A stretch of DNA of 64,000 bases from a virus (IMGVR_UViG_3300038345_000251:183248-247247); one strand, 5' to 3'; positions 33,151 to 43,143 are shown, numbered from the stretch's first letter. A program made the numbers and translations. Notes: generated by a model not told the origin, from the letters alone.

Positions 33151-33389
33151 ATTTTATGTTCTAAATCAGTATTTGTATATTCATCTAATAACTTGAAATA
33201 ATCGGTTTTATTAGCAATTTTATCATCTTTTTGAAAAACATAAAATGATGATGTATATTTTCTTGCATGACATTGTTTCTTTATCTTAGTTTTCGAAATA
33301 AGACGTGCTTTTGCTTCAAGGTAAAATTTATCAATTGTATATAAACCAAGTTTATTAGCACACATAAATGAAAATTCTTCTGTACTCAT
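33135..33389 (-). pseudogene. Displaced duplicate C-terminal fragment of the DNA methyltransferase at 34457-35215
   Basis: STEEFSFM...IDKFYLEAKARLIS...QCHARKYTSSFYVFQKD aligns with NTEEFSFM...IDKFTLLAKARLIS...QKHSRSYTSQFLIFKKD. Confidence 0.75.
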
Positions 33390-33392
33390 AAT

Positions 33393-34397
33393 TTATTTTT
33401 TTCTTTTGTTTAATCTATTAATTTCCCATTGAGGTGTTTTAACAATATCTTTAATAAAGTTTTCTCTGTTTGAAACATTATTTGGAACAAATACTATTTT
33501 TTTACATTTTGGTATTTGTGGATATGCTATTGAATATTCATTGTTTTTATATTTAACATAATCGTCATAATAACAACATTTATAAAGTTTGCCAACATTA
33601 AGTATTAAAAAATGTTTTAAAGAAACAATATTATTACAACTTGATTTAATATTACAATATTGTTTTGCTTCTATTTTAGTTTTGCATACATGTATTAAAT
33701 TAAGGTTTTTGTCTAATATTGCAATTTTTTCAGGTTCATTTGATAATATTTTTTTATCTAATTTTAAATTGTTATTTTCCCAAACATCTTTATAGATAAA
33801 TCTATATCCGTTACAAACCCTGTTAAAATTTCTTAAAGCAATTAATAAGTTACTATATTTTATATTAAACTTTTCACATGCTTCCTTTTTTGTACAAATA
33901 TGTTCTAAATTTCCTTCACTATTAAAACAACAAATTTTTCGTGTTGCTTCATGCATAGGACAACCAAGACTTCCTGCTTTTACTTTGTTTAAGAGTTTCC
34001 ATCCGTTGTTTTTATAAAAATTTATGTAATATGCTTCTTTTGCACCAGCACTATAATATTCAACATCTTTTTCTAAAATTTTAGGTTCAAAAAAAGAAAT
34101 GTTGTGTTCTTTAGTAAAATTAAAAACAGTTCCTTTTCTATGATGGTCAATATCTCTTTTTTTAATATCAAAAGTTAAACCGACATAAACTGAGTTATAT
34201 TTTTTAAATTCATAAGAATATATTGTTCTTAAATAGTCACCACCTTCTTTTGGCAGATTATCTATCAGTTCATTCCATTTGTTTCTGTGTATGGCTACGT
34301 AAACTTGGTAATTGTTAATTCTTAACTCTTTTAGAGTTTTATATTTTTTAACTATTTTTTCACAAAATTCATAAGTATAGATTGTTTTTTTCTTCAT
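33393..34397 (-). CDS. Free-standing GIY-YIG homing endonuclease with NUMOD-like DNA-binding modules
   Basis: TIYSYEF...VYVGLT...R...H...KEAYYI...LLN core; C-terminal KICCFNSEGNL...KEACEKF and KIAILDKNLNLI...IEAKQY NUMOD1-like repeats. Confidence 0.75.
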   Translation of the reverse strand: MKKKTIYTYEFCEKIVKKYKTLKELRINNYQVYVAIHRNKWNELIDNLPKEGGDYLRTIYSYEFKKYNSVYVGLTFDIKKRDIDHHRKGTVFNFTKEHNISFFEPKILEKDVEYYSAGAKEAYYINFYKNNGWKLLNKVKAGSLGCPMHEATRKICCFNSEGNLEHICTKKEACEKFNIKYSNLLIALRNFNRVCNGYRFIYKDVWENNNLKLDKKILSNEPEKIAILDKNLNLIHVCKTKIEAKQYCNIKSSCNNIVSLKHFLILNVGKLYKCCYYDDYVKYKNNEYSIAYPQIPKCKKIVFVPNNVSNRENFIKDIVKTPQWEINRLNKRKK

Positions 34398-34411
34398 ATT
34401 AATATTTTTAA

Positions 34412-34421
34412 TATAAATAGT
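34412..34421 (-). promoter_or_regulatory. Putative phage late promoter ACTATTTATA
   Basis: tataaatagt on +, 14 nt upstream of the endonuclease ATG. Confidence 0.6.
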
Positions 34422-34456
34422 ATAAAATGGAAAAAAAACAATATATTGGCATTTTT

Positions 34457-35215
34457 TTATTTTTCAACAATATCAATATATCCACTATGTTCTTTTACTT
34501 CACATAAATCAAGGAGTTGTTCAAAAACAAAATCTTTAGATGAAAATTTTGTGTCTTTTTTAAATATTAAAAATTGACTTGTATAACTTCTTGAATGTTT
34601 CTGTCCATTTTTATATCTATTTGAAGAAATAAGTCTAGCTTTTGCTAGTAAAGTAAATTTATCAATCATTTTAAATCCAATACGTTGAGCAGCCATAAAA
34701 CTAAACTCTTCAGTGTTGTGTCTAATACCTCCAGATATACAACTTTGACATTTAAATATACAAATACCGTTTTTTTTCAAAACTCTGAAGCATTCTGATA
34801 GCCAATGGTAGTAACTGTAATAAAGATTGTCTACAGGATAATAACCATTAAATCTTTTGTATATTAAACAACTTCCTTCTTTTATCTCTTTAGTGGCTGA
34901 AGGTGAATTGGCTGGTGATACTACAAACGGTAAATCAACCACAATAGATGAAACACTTTCATTTTCAAGTGGTAGTTTTCCCCATTTGTCAATTTGAAAA
35001 ATATCGTCTCTTTGTGGATAAACATCCATTAAAATTTTAGGTTCAGGAATTTCATAATTATCACCCTTTGTTTTTTTATAAAATTTTAATTCTGATGCTG
35101 TTATATCACATTCAAAAGGTTCACCATTATTATATAATTGCATTATGTTATATAAAATCTCACTTTGGTCAAAAGATATGTTTCTTATAACATTATCATT
35201 AGTTATTTCTCTCAT
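34457..35215 (-). CDS. Phage amino-DNA methyltransferase (N6-A/N4-C type)
   Basis: CDIT SAM-binding-like motif, LPLENESVSSIVVDLPF (DPPF-like catalytic motif), ECFRVLKKNGICIFKCQ. Confidence 0.75.
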   Translation of the reverse strand: MREITNDNVIRNISFDQSEILYNIMQLYNNGEPFECDITASELKFYKKTKGDNYEIPEPKILMDVYPQRDDIFQIDKWGKLPLENESVSSIVVDLPFVVSPANSPSATKEIKEGSCLIYKRFNGYYPVDNLYYSYYHWLSECFRVLKKNGICIFKCQSCISGGIRHNTEEFSFMAAQRIGFKMIDKFTLLAKARLISSNRYKNGQKHSRSYTSQFLIFKKDTKFSSKDFVFEQLLDLCEVKEHSGYIDIVEK

Positions 35216-35412
35216 ACACTAAGTCTGTTAATTCCAATTATGTTTTCTAAGTCTTCTTCGTTTTTATTTGTTACTTCCCAATAATCTTTATTTACGATAA
35301 TTTTTGTGCCTGATGGATAGTATCGTAAAAGTATCTCTTGAAGCGTTTTAACCGCTTTATCTGTCATATCTGTTCTAAGACGCTCTAATGCTTCTAAATC
35401 TGAATTTCTCAT
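35212..35412 (-). CDS. Hypothetical protein
   Basis: 66 aa with 4-nt overlap to the MTase; directly behind a Bacteroidota-type promoter. Confidence 0.5.
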   Translation of the reverse strand: MRNSDLEALERLRTDMTDKAVKTLQEILLRYYPSGTKIIVNKDYWEVTNKNEEDLENIIGINRLSV

Positions 35413-35427
35413 AACATTATTTTTTTA

Positions 35428-35458
35428 CAAATATATAAAAAAAACTTGAATAATCAAA
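35428..35458 (-). promoter_or_regulatory. Bacteroidota sigma-A-type promoter
   Basis: TTTG (35455-35458)-N19-TATATTTG (35428-35435) on the minus strand. Confidence 0.6.
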
Positions 35459-35461
35459 AAG

Positions 35462-36142
35462 TTATTCAAGTTCTTTCCATTTATCTTCACTAAAACTATT
35501 ATGAAGTTTGTTAATCCACCATTTAGTTTTAATTTTTACTTTAGGTAAACGTTGCCCTTTAAGTAAAGTACTTCGTTTAACAACAACACCTTCTTTAACA
35601 GTAGGGTATTGACAGTTTTCTTCATTCCAATCATTGTTCTGTATTGAAGAAATGAATTCTTGTGTCAATTTGCCACGATAAATGACTTCTGGCACTTCCA
35701 AACCTTCTTTGTTATAGAACAACTCATAAAAACTTTTTGGCTCAATATAGCCTTTCTTTTTGAGAAATACATCAATTAATGCTAAATGTAATTCATCACC
35801 TTCTTGATGGAATCCAGCAAATGAATTTTCTCCATACCATTCAAAAAAGAATGTTATTTCGTCAACACCATTAAATATTTGTTTTTTACCTCTATTGGTT
35901 GCAATAATATTTGTAAGAATTTCAGGTATTTTACTATTTTTAAAATATTTAACAGTATTTCCAAATTGGTCATCAGTTTCATCAACTTCACGTTTCCTAC
36001 TACCAAACCCAGTAAACTGTTTATGTTTTGGTATGTATTTAACGCAAAAATTTTGTCCGTCCAATTTGTTAAATGCCCATACTTCTTCTCCTAATAGTGT
36101 ACCATCATCTTGGATTCTATTTATACTATCGTAATGTTTCAT
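35462..36142 (-). CDS. RNA ligase (Rnl2-like adenylyltransferase domain)
   Basis: Nucleotidyltransferase motifs I KLDGQN, III FEWYG, IIIa IDVF, IV EGVVVK, V KVKIKT. Confidence 0.8.
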   Translation of the reverse strand: MKHYDSINRIQDDGTLLGEEVWAFNKLDGQNFCVKYIPKHKQFTGFGSRKREVDETDDQFGNTVKYFKNSKIPEILTNIIATNRGKKQIFNGVDEITFFFEWYGENSFAGFHQEGDELHLALIDVFLKKKGYIEPKSFYELFYNKEGLEVPEVIYRGKLTQEFISSIQNNDWNEENCQYPTVKEGVVVKRSTLLKGQRLPKVKIKTKWWINKLHNSFSEDKWKELE

Positions 36143-36144
36143 AA

Positions 36145-36330
36145 TTAAAAAATAAAATCATCAATTTTAATTTTTTCTTCAAATAAGTTTAACTCTTTTT
36201 CTATTGGAAAATCGTCATTTTTATCTAAAAACATTGATATTGAATTATTGTATGAGACATAATCACCATATTCTTTGAAAAAATCGGGTGAATTTTCAAC
36301 TAATGGTGATTCACTTGCGGTCATAAGCAA
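36145..36330 (-). CDS. Hypothetical small protein
   Basis: 61-aa ORF filling the gap in the operon. Confidence 0.35.
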   Translation of the reverse strand: MLMTASESPLVENSPDFFKEYGDYVSYNNSISMFLDKNDDFPIEKELNLFEEKIKIDDFIF

Positions 36331-37675
36331 TAGTACGTGCTTCTTTTAACAAGTTATTTACATATTCATAATCAATTTTTTCAGGAAGATTGGTTGTTTC
36401 AACTGCTTTGTCAAACTTAGCCTTAAGTTCTTCGGCTTCTTGCATAATTTCTTCGTAAGACATCACATGATGACGAATATCAAGAAGGTGTTTTACATCA
36501 TCACCAACACGTCTTACGTTAAAGCCTTTACCTTCAGCAATTTCAACACCCATTTCCATAAGTCTGATGGTATGCATAAGGTTTTTACTGTCATAGTTAT
36601 GACCTCTGTTATTTTCATAACGAACAGGGTTTCTTTCCTTCTTCCACTTTATCCAATCCTTATAATCGGTACAATGACTTTGATAAGCATCTTTATTGTA
36701 AGTCATAAAACAGATAGGCACTTCACCCTTTGGAATAGAAGAAAGTCTTACGCTGTTAGATTCACGTTCTTTACCTGTTTCGTCACCGTCTTCAACACCA
36801 TAGTTGTAAAGAGTAGTAGTACTACCATCTTCGTTAGTAACAGTTACGTTAGGATGTACAATACCCTTATAATGGAAAAATTCTTTATTTATAACACGAT
36901 TATAAGTCTTTACCACATAATCGTAATTCATAAATTTATCATATGCAACTGTACGATACCTCATATCAAAGCACCAATTCTGAAATGATTCTTCGGTTAA
37001 AAGTACTTTATCTTTTTCATCAGGATTAAGTGTCCAATCGTCTGATTTGTCGAATACTTCAAATTTGAAATATGATGCAAAGTCATAATAAACACCAAAC
37101 GTATCTTTCATATTTGGAATGTTTACAAGACCGCAATATTTCTGGTCAAGATTGTTATCTGCAAGAAAATCTTTAATTGGCTGACTACCCTGATTCTTGA
37201 AAGTATAACAGAAATCAAGAACTTCTCTTCTTTGAAAGTTTTCAGGGATGTTAATTTTCTTGTTAAGACCTTTAGCCTTTTTAATCTGGTTAAAAGAATA
37301 ACCAAGCAAAGGGTCAAGACATTGTTTAGTCAGGAACTTTTCTTTGTTATCAAGAATGTACTGAACGGCAGGATGTACTTTACCAATAACACAATCTTTA
37401 GGAATAAAGAGTGATTCAAGCGCAGTAGGGTTAGATTTCATAAGAAGTTCAACCCATCTACCAAGTTCATAATATACAGTATCATGTTTTTCATCATCAA
37501 CTTGTTCGACATAGTTACCACGTAAACCAAAAAGAGTGTCTTCTGAACAAATATATACACCACCAATATCCTGGTCTGAACCTTCGACATTAGTACCATA
37601 GGCATGACTACCACGAATATATTCATAAGCAATCATTCCGTGTTCTCTAAGATACTCAATAGTTAATTTTTTCAT
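36311..37675 (-). CDS. RlaP-like (Pol-beta superfamily) nucleotidyltransferase
   Basis: IRGSHAYGT...SDQDIGGVY, ELLMKSNPTALESLF, YDSKNLMHTIRL. Confidence 0.85.
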   Translation of the reverse strand: MKKLTIEYLREHGMIAYEYIRGSHAYGTNVEGSDQDIGGVYICSEDTLFGLRGNYVEQVDDEKHDTVYYELGRWVELLMKSNPTALESLFIPKDCVIGKVHPAVQYILDNKEKFLTKQCLDPLLGYSFNQIKKAKGLNKKINIPENFQRREVLDFCYTFKNQGSQPIKDFLADNNLDQKYCGLVNIPNMKDTFGVYYDFASYFKFEVFDKSDDWTLNPDEKDKVLLTEESFQNWCFDMRYRTVAYDKFMNYDYVVKTYNRVINKEFFHYKGIVHPNVTVTNEDGSTTTLYNYGVEDGDETGKERESNSVRLSSIPKGEVPICFMTYNKDAYQSHCTDYKDWIKWKKERNPVRYENNRGHNYDSKNLMHTIRLMEMGVEIAEGKGFNVRRVGDDVKHLLDIRHHVMSYEEIMQEAEELKAKFDKAVETTNLPEKIDYEYVNNLLKEARTIAYDRK

Positions 37676-37687
37676 ATGTTTCTTTTT

Positions 37688-38068
37688 TTAATTTTCGTAT
37701 AAAAATGGGGTTTCTCTATCAATATATTCACATCCATCTTCATATACTTTATTAGTATACATAGACATAGAACTATCAGTAAAACACGTCCACTCACCAA
37801 AATCTCTGCTATCACGTATACCATCAGCACCAATATGAAATTCCTGTACTTCAAGATTATATTTTTTACAAAACTGAATTACTTCATCAACAATTTTTTT
37901 ATGAAGTTCTCCAAATGCTTTATGAAGTTCTGGATTACGGTTTTTCTCAGATTCAAAGATAAATTCCCAGTATTCACGTGAACCAACCCAATTTTTAGGT
38001 TTATTATCGTATTTTGGGAATTGTTCAAGAATCTTCCTATCTTCTTCGTTTAAATTAATAAGTGCCAT
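37688..38068 (-). CDS. Hypothetical protein
   Basis: 126-aa ORF in the operon. Confidence 0.55.
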   Translation of the reverse strand: MALINLNEEDRKILEQFPKYDNKPKNWVGSREYWEFIFESEKNRNPELHKAFGELHKKIVDEVIQFCKKYNLEVQEFHIGADGIRDSRDFGEWTCFTDSSMSMYTNKVYEDGCEYIDRETPFLYEN

Positions 38069-38070
38069 AA

Positions 38071-38388
38071 TTATTTTTCAAATTCTTTTTCAATAACAAA
38101 TCTATAAGTATAACAATATTCTTTCATGAATTCACTTCTTACAGTTTTACCATAAATAACCTTTCCTGTAGGCCAAAATTTATAAATTTCTTCAGGAACA
38201 AATTCAACATCAAAATAAATGCCAAACTCTCTTATTATTTCACTTTTTTCAATGTATATCTGAGCATCAGAATATTCATCAACTCTTTTAATAGCATCTT
38301 CTTTATTGGTAAATAAATCAACAGAAATGGTTTCACTTCCGTTAAAATTATCTTCGTGTAATGTAAACACTAAATATGCTTTTTCCAT
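38071..38388 (-). CDS. Hypothetical protein
   Basis: 105-aa ORF right behind a promoter. Confidence 0.55.
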   Translation of the reverse strand: MEKAYLVFTLHEDNFNGSETISVDLFTNKEDAIKRVDEYSDAQIYIEKSEIIREFGIYFDVEFVPEEIYKFWPTGKVIYGKTVRSEFMKEYCYTYRFVIEKEFEK

Positions 38389-38407
38389 GTCTTTTTTAAT
38401 TACAGCG

Positions 38408-38439
38408 CAAAGATACGTAAAAAATTTTATATATCCAAA
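38408..38439 (-). promoter_or_regulatory. Bacteroidota sigma-A-type promoter
   Basis: TTTG (38436-38439)-N20-TATCTTTG (38408-38415). Confidence 0.75.
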
Positions 38440-39054
38440 TTAAATTTTAACAAAATTAAAAAAATTGCTTAATTCAATATATTCTTTATGTTTATATTGA
38501 TTATCAAATTCCTTTGCTGTTGCCCAATCCATAGATGCTTTTGCTTTTTTAATATAAAAGTCAACAATTTTATCTGGATTTTTTACATTTATAAGATAGC
38601 GGTCGTTACCAAATTGTAAATAATAATCAACATTTTTACTTATACTTGTTTCAACGACAGGATTTCCCATTTCTGCATAAAATGTCGCAGTAACAAGTTT
38701 CTTATTTGATTTTTCTAATAGTGCTTTATACATTGCACATTGAAGCACACATGCTTCAAAATACCATTGTTCAGGTGTTTCCCTTATTGATTTAACTTCA
38801 ATTATTTGATTATCACATACAATATCATTTGAAAAGTTAATCCAAATATTATCTTCATTGTAAGTGCCACGCATTTCTTCGCCAATTACATTTTCAGTAT
38901 TTAAAGCAATTTGATGTTGGAACGAAACACCTTCATTTACATTAATATTTGGTTTAGGTCTTAGTTCAGGATGTTCAGTAAACATTTTAATTTGCATACA
39001 AGACCTTGAACATAAATCTTTTGCTGAAAATGTTTTAATATTCTCCGAATTCAT
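38440..39054 (-). CDS. PD-(D/E)xK nuclease-like protein (RecB/Cas4-like fold)
   Basis: G..F.H, SNDIV...IIEVKS, LQCAMY motifs. Confidence 0.55.
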   Translation of the reverse strand: MNSENIKTFSAKDLCSRSCMQIKMFTEHPELRPKPNINVNEGVSFQHQIALNTENVIGEEMRGTYNEDNIWINFSNDIVCDNQIIEVKSIRETPEQWYFEACVLQCAMYKALLEKSNKKLVTATFYAEMGNPVVETSISKNVDYYLQFGNDRYLINVKNPDKIVDFYIKKAKASMDWATAKEFDNQYKHKEYIELSNFFNFVKI

Positions 39055-40402
39055 CTTTACACTTTTTAAGATATTTCACATAATCAAGACAATCTTCTCT
39101 TTTATGCTTACTTGGATTTACACAAACAAAATTAAATGTTTTATTTAAAATTTCTTTGATTTCTGGTGAAGGTTTAATATCAAATATTTTCATCACATCA
39201 TTTCCATCAATAGGAAGTTTATAATCATAAAACATTCTATCAATATTATCAAAGTCTTCAAAAACAGTATAATTCCATTCTGTATCATGAAAAGTATTCT
39301 TAACTCTTTTAGAACCAATAATTGTTGTCAACAAGAACGTTTGTTTATTTCCACATTGGTTCATGATTTTCCTAATTGCATAATTCTTTTCTTCTATTGC
39401 AATACAAATATCTTTACACATTGATTCCAGTTCATATGCTTTTTCAATTAAGAAAATAACATTGTTAATAACATCATTAGGATATTTTAAAACTTCAGAA
39501 AGATAATATTTTATACCTTCCTTATGAACAAAATCATACACATTATACAATAAGTTTGCAAGAATAGGAGTAATTTCAGGAATATCAAAATAATCTATAT
39601 AATCTTCATAAAACCTAATTAAACTATTAACAACTTTTACTTTTACTTCTGTTGTTGCTTTTTCAAAGTTAGGTATAATAAAACGATATGCATTAATATC
39701 CCACAATAAACAAATTGCTTTTACAGCCGATTTATTAGAAAAAGTTAACATCTTGGTAAATTCATCAGTGATTCTTTCTTTACTGATAATTTCAAGTCTG
39801 TCAACAAATTTCTTAGCACATTCAAAAGTCTCATTTTCAATGTTAAAATCAAATCTTGAAGCAAAACGAATCATTCTCAAAATCCTAAGAGGGTCTTGGT
39901 CAAATATAATTTCAGGCTCACCACAAGTACGGATAACTTTGTTTTCAATGTCTTGTGTACCTCTATCTTCAAAGTCAATAATCTCTTGATTTGTAATGTC
40001 GAAGTACATTGCATTGATGGTAAAGTCACGTCTTTCCCAATCTTGTTTAATAGTACCAAACGAAGTTTCAGGATTTCTGGTTTTTGCATCGTGATAACAT
40101 TCACTTCTTGTCTGTACTGCTTCAAGTTCAACATCAGGGAATTCTTTAAGATGGAACATAGCAGTACCAAAGTTTTCGTAAGTCACCACAGAACCTTTAG
40201 TAAATCCATTTTCTTCAAGCCATTTAGCAAAGTTAATACCACCTGAAGGTAAGTCAATCACCAAGTCAATGTCTTTGATTTCCCTGTTCATATAACAATC
40301 ACGAACACATCCACCAACGGTGAATACGTGATTTTCCCATTCAGTACCAAGTATGATATTTCTAATAGCACATACAATATCAAGATATTTTTTATCAGTC
40401 AT
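39035..40402 (-). CDS. cca: Class II tRNA nucleotidyltransferase (CCA-adding enzyme)/poly(A) polymerase family
   Basis: VGGCVRD, KDIDL, FGTA, QDWERRDFTINAM, DPLRILRMIRFASR. Confidence 0.9.
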   Translation of the reverse strand: MTDKKYLDIVCAIRNIILGTEWENHVFTVGGCVRDCYMNREIKDIDLVIDLPSGGINFAKWLEENGFTKGSVVTYENFGTAMFHLKEFPDVELEAVQTRSECYHDAKTRNPETSFGTIKQDWERRDFTINAMYFDITNQEIIDFEDRGTQDIENKVIRTCGEPEIIFDQDPLRILRMIRFASRFDFNIENETFECAKKFVDRLEIISKERITDEFTKMLTFSNKSAVKAICLLWDINAYRFIIPNFEKATTEVKVKVVNSLIRFYEDYIDYFDIPEITPILANLLYNVYDFVHKEGIKYYLSEVLKYPNDVINNVIFLIEKAYELESMCKDICIAIEEKNYAIRKIMNQCGNKQTFLLTTIIGSKRVKNTFHDTEWNYTVFEDFDNIDRMFYDYKLPIDGNDVMKIFDIKPSPEIKEILNKTFNFVCVNPSKHKREDCLDYVKYLKKCKDEFGEY

Positions 40403-40403
40403 A

Positions 40404-40832
40404 TTAATTGTTTTTGTTTTTAATTATTGTTAACGGCCTAAATACATCAAGTTTACCTGAAATATAAAAATCTTCAGGAAGTTTATACCAATTGGTAATG
40501 TTATTACTTTCTACAGGTTTTGCATCAGGTGCTGTAGCAACTGTAATATGTGAATATTTATTCTGTGTAACATAGTCTGCAACACCTAAAGCAATTGCTC
40601 TATCAGACACACCGATACTGTCAATTCTAAGAGATTGGGAATTACCAAGAAAATTGTCTAACCATTCAGCCAATTCTTGTTTTTCTTGGCTTTTGTCATT
40701 AAAAACAATCGTCATATGATGGCAAAAGATTTTCCAATTATCTGGAATCGCTTCATATTCTTTTGCTAAATTAAGCAATGCTCTTTGAGAAGTCTCTGAG
40801 AAAAATACACCGTAATAAATCCAATTTTTCAT
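40404..40832 (-). CDS. 2H phosphoesterase (cyclic phosphodiesterase-like)
   Basis: Two H-x-T motifs (HHMTI, SHITVA) and KPVESN; ATG 40832 preferred because ATG 40853 lies in a hairpin. Confidence 0.75.
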   Translation of the reverse strand: MKNWIYYGVFFSETSQRALLNLAKEYEAIPDNWKIFCHHMTIVFNDKSQEKQELAEWLDNFLGNSQSLRIDSIGVSDRAIALGVADYVTQNKYSHITVATAPDAKPVESNNITNWYKLPEDFYISGKLDVFRPLTIIKNKNN

Positions 40833-40844
40833 ATAAAAATATTT

Positions 40845-40875
40845 AAATGGCATATGTACAAAACATATGCCATTT
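40845..40875. terminator. Hairpin (terminator or processing site)
   Basis: aaatggcatatgt-acaaa-acatatgccattt perfect 13-bp stem. Confidence 0.6.
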
Positions 40876-40876
40876 G

Positions 40877-42205
40877 TTAATTTTGTACTAAAAAGAAATC
40901 ATCATATTCATTAAATTCAGGCCATTCAAGTGACATTGTACAGGCTTCAAGTTCTTGTCTTGTCATTTGTCCATCACGTCTTTCAACGTTTTTTTCAAAT
41001 TCACTTGCTTCAATGTAAACGTATGTGATATGAAGATTGTAGTTTGAGAGAAATCTTGAAATTTCTTCACGGTATTGTTTTTTCAAGTTAGTGTTATTAA
41101 CTATGATTGTTTTACCTTCAGAAGCGGCTTCAGCAAGTTCTTCTTTAATTGCTTTACTTACTTCTTCTTCATCTTTTTTACTACATACAACTTTTTCGTT
41201 TTCTTTGCAAAAACCAAGTTTTACACGCATTTCATCACGACATACAATGTAAACATTGTCTTTTTTAACCCTATACAAAGTAGGTGAAGGTTTAGGACAA
41301 TTTGATATATCACGTAAACAGATATAATCTTTTTCTTCTTTGTTTGTCATGAGTAATTGTTCATTGATAAACGTATCTTTTCCTGCACCTGGTATTCCGA
41401 TTAAGAAAATGAGTTCAAGAGGTTTTTTATAGCATTTATCAAGATAATGTTGACTACCTTTAATTCTATCATAGAAAACACTAGGTGTTAACTTAGGAAT
41501 AGAAGAATAACGTCTAATTTCTTTAGTAATACTTATAATTTCATCAAGAATTTTTTTATCTCTTGTTTTTAATATTTCATCTTTTTGAATAGAGCCTTCC
41601 AAATCACACTGTTTAAGTGCAAGTAAAAGTTCCCAAGAAGGAATATTATATGAAATACGAATTATTTCTTCAATATAGTTTTTCCTTTCATATAAATGAA
41701 GTGGAAGCATATGATATTTAACAAGAGAACAAACATCCTCTCTACGTTTTAAAGGAAAATCCCACAAAAGTTTTCGTGTAATTTTTTCACCTTTGTTTTC
41801 ATGGTCATATGAATGCCAATTACCGTCTTTACCTTTAACAGTTGTTACGCCTTTACCAATATCATGGAAAAGTGCACTTAAAAGAAGAGTTAATGCAATA
41901 TCAAAACATTCTACATCAAGAAAACCTGTTTCATAATCATCAAAGTTTCTTGCTATATTATGTATACCGTATTCTGTGTCTTTTACACTTGCATAGTTTT
42001 TAACCCATTGTACAGCATATTTACACACAAGTTTGGTATGTATCATTGCATTACCTTCACTGTGCCATTTTGGATTTTGTTCACACAGTTCCAAAATGGC
42101 AAATTCAGGTATTTTTTCTATGTTATTCCATCTAAATTCGATACTTCTGTATCTATTATTAGATGGATGTGGTTTTATTTTAAATAATTTGTCAAGTGTT
42201 ACCAT
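40877..42205 (-). CDS. HD-domain phosphohydrolase fused to P-loop polynucleotide kinase (Pnkp-like)
   Basis: QNPKWHSEG..MIHT, ALFHDIGK, HE..G, YHM, CD.EG; C-terminal LIGIPGAGKDT Walker A, CRDEMR, NNTNLKKQYR. Confidence 0.85.
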   Translation of the reverse strand: MVTLDKLFKIKPHPSNNRYRSIEFRWNNIEKIPEFAILELCEQNPKWHSEGNAMIHTKLVCKYAVQWVKNYASVKDTEYGIHNIARNFDDYETGFLDVECFDIALTLLLSALFHDIGKGVTTVKGKDGNWHSYDHENKGEKITRKLLWDFPLKRREDVCSLVKYHMLPLHLYERKNYIEEIIRISYNIPSWELLLALKQCDLEGSIQKDEILKTRDKKILDEIISITKEIRRYSSIPKLTPSVFYDRIKGSQHYLDKCYKKPLELIFLIGIPGAGKDTFINEQLLMTNKEEKDYICLRDISNCPKPSPTLYRVKKDNVYIVCRDEMRVKLGFCKENEKVVCSKKDEEEVSKAIKEELAEAASEGKTIIVNNTNLKKQYREEISRFLSNYNLHITYVYIEASEFEKNVERRDGQMTRQELEACTMSLEWPEFNEYDDFFLVQN

Positions 42206-43062
42206 TAGGCTGCTTCTTTGATATAAGAATTTGCAAGATTAAACAAATCCCTATTAATTTGAATATCTTTTACAATACTGGTAATTTTTCTCATTTTACG
42301 AGACTTTTTGTTCTGTTCTGCATAATTAAAATTACCCTTAATAATCTTTTCCTGTACCACATTAAACACATTCCAAAGGGAATTACCTTCATCTTCATCC
42401 CTTACAGGCGCAAGAATGTCTTTAATGGTATTTTCACTGATTTCCACCTTTGCATTGTCTTCATATCCCTTACGAAGTTTGATTGCACTGATTGCAAACT
42501 TTACTTTTTCTTCTTCAGTAAGAACTTTCTTTCTCATGGAATTAAGAACCATAATCTTTTCAGGAAGTTTTTCCAGAGAAGCTGCAACGGTTTTACGAAG
42601 TTCCTCAAAATTGTAATGAATATGCCTGATACTCATATTTTCAAATTCTTCATCAGCAACAACAAGTCCGTTACTACACACTAAACGGAACAGTCCAACC
42701 ATAAATTTAAATGAACTGAAACCATCATGACTGTTTGTCAGGATAATTCTAGGAAATGCTTCAGTTTCATTCTTTTCGTTAAGTACCTTAATATTAGGAT
42801 TCTGAAAAGCCAACATATGGTAACTCCTAATACCCTTAGAGTTTTTCTTGTTCCTGCACTGTTTAGCAATCACAGGAAACCAACCAAGTTTAGCCATATC
42901 ATGTACAACATCAATAGTGGTTGCCTGAATATATTTGTCAGAAACATCAGGATTAGAAGGGTTAGTCATAAATGCGAAAGGACACGTCTTACGAATATCC
43001 TCTTCAGTAAGGAAATTAGTACTCAGTGAATTGTCACGAAAACCAATCATCGTATCTGCCAT
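42205..43062 (-). CDS. DUF932/DUF945 family protein
   Basis: IILTNSHDG.SSF...GLFRLVCSNGLV, IRHI, LWNVFNVVQE. Confidence 0.85.
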   Translation of the reverse strand: MADTMIGFRDNSLSTNFLTEEDIRKTCPFAFMTNPSNPDVSDKYIQATTIDVVHDMAKLGWFPVIAKQCRNKKNSKGIRSYHMLAFQNPNIKVLNEKNETEAFPRIILTNSHDGFSSFKFMVGLFRLVCSNGLVVADEEFENMSIRHIHYNFEELRKTVAASLEKLPEKIMVLNSMRKKVLTEEEKVKFAISAIKLRKGYEDNAKVEISENTIKDILAPVRDEDEGNSLWNVFNVVQEKIIKGNFNYAEQNKKSRKMRKITSIVKDIQINRDLFNLANSYIKEAA

Positions 43063-43111
43063 AATTTCTTTTGTTTTTTAGTTGTTAATGTTTGTTTTTA
43101 ATTTCTGACCG

Positions 43112-43143
43112 CAAAGATAAGTCAAATTTTTTTAATTTCCAAA
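43112..43143 (-). promoter_or_regulatory. Bacteroidota sigma-A-type promoter
   Basis: TTTG (43140-43143)-N20-TATCTTTG (43112-43119). Confidence 0.75.

Noticed and set aside
33393-34456. Group I intron interrupting the MTase
   Set aside because: The upstream MTase already has a complete C-terminus and stop, and the flanks (59 nt and 3 nt) are too short for a ribozyme core.
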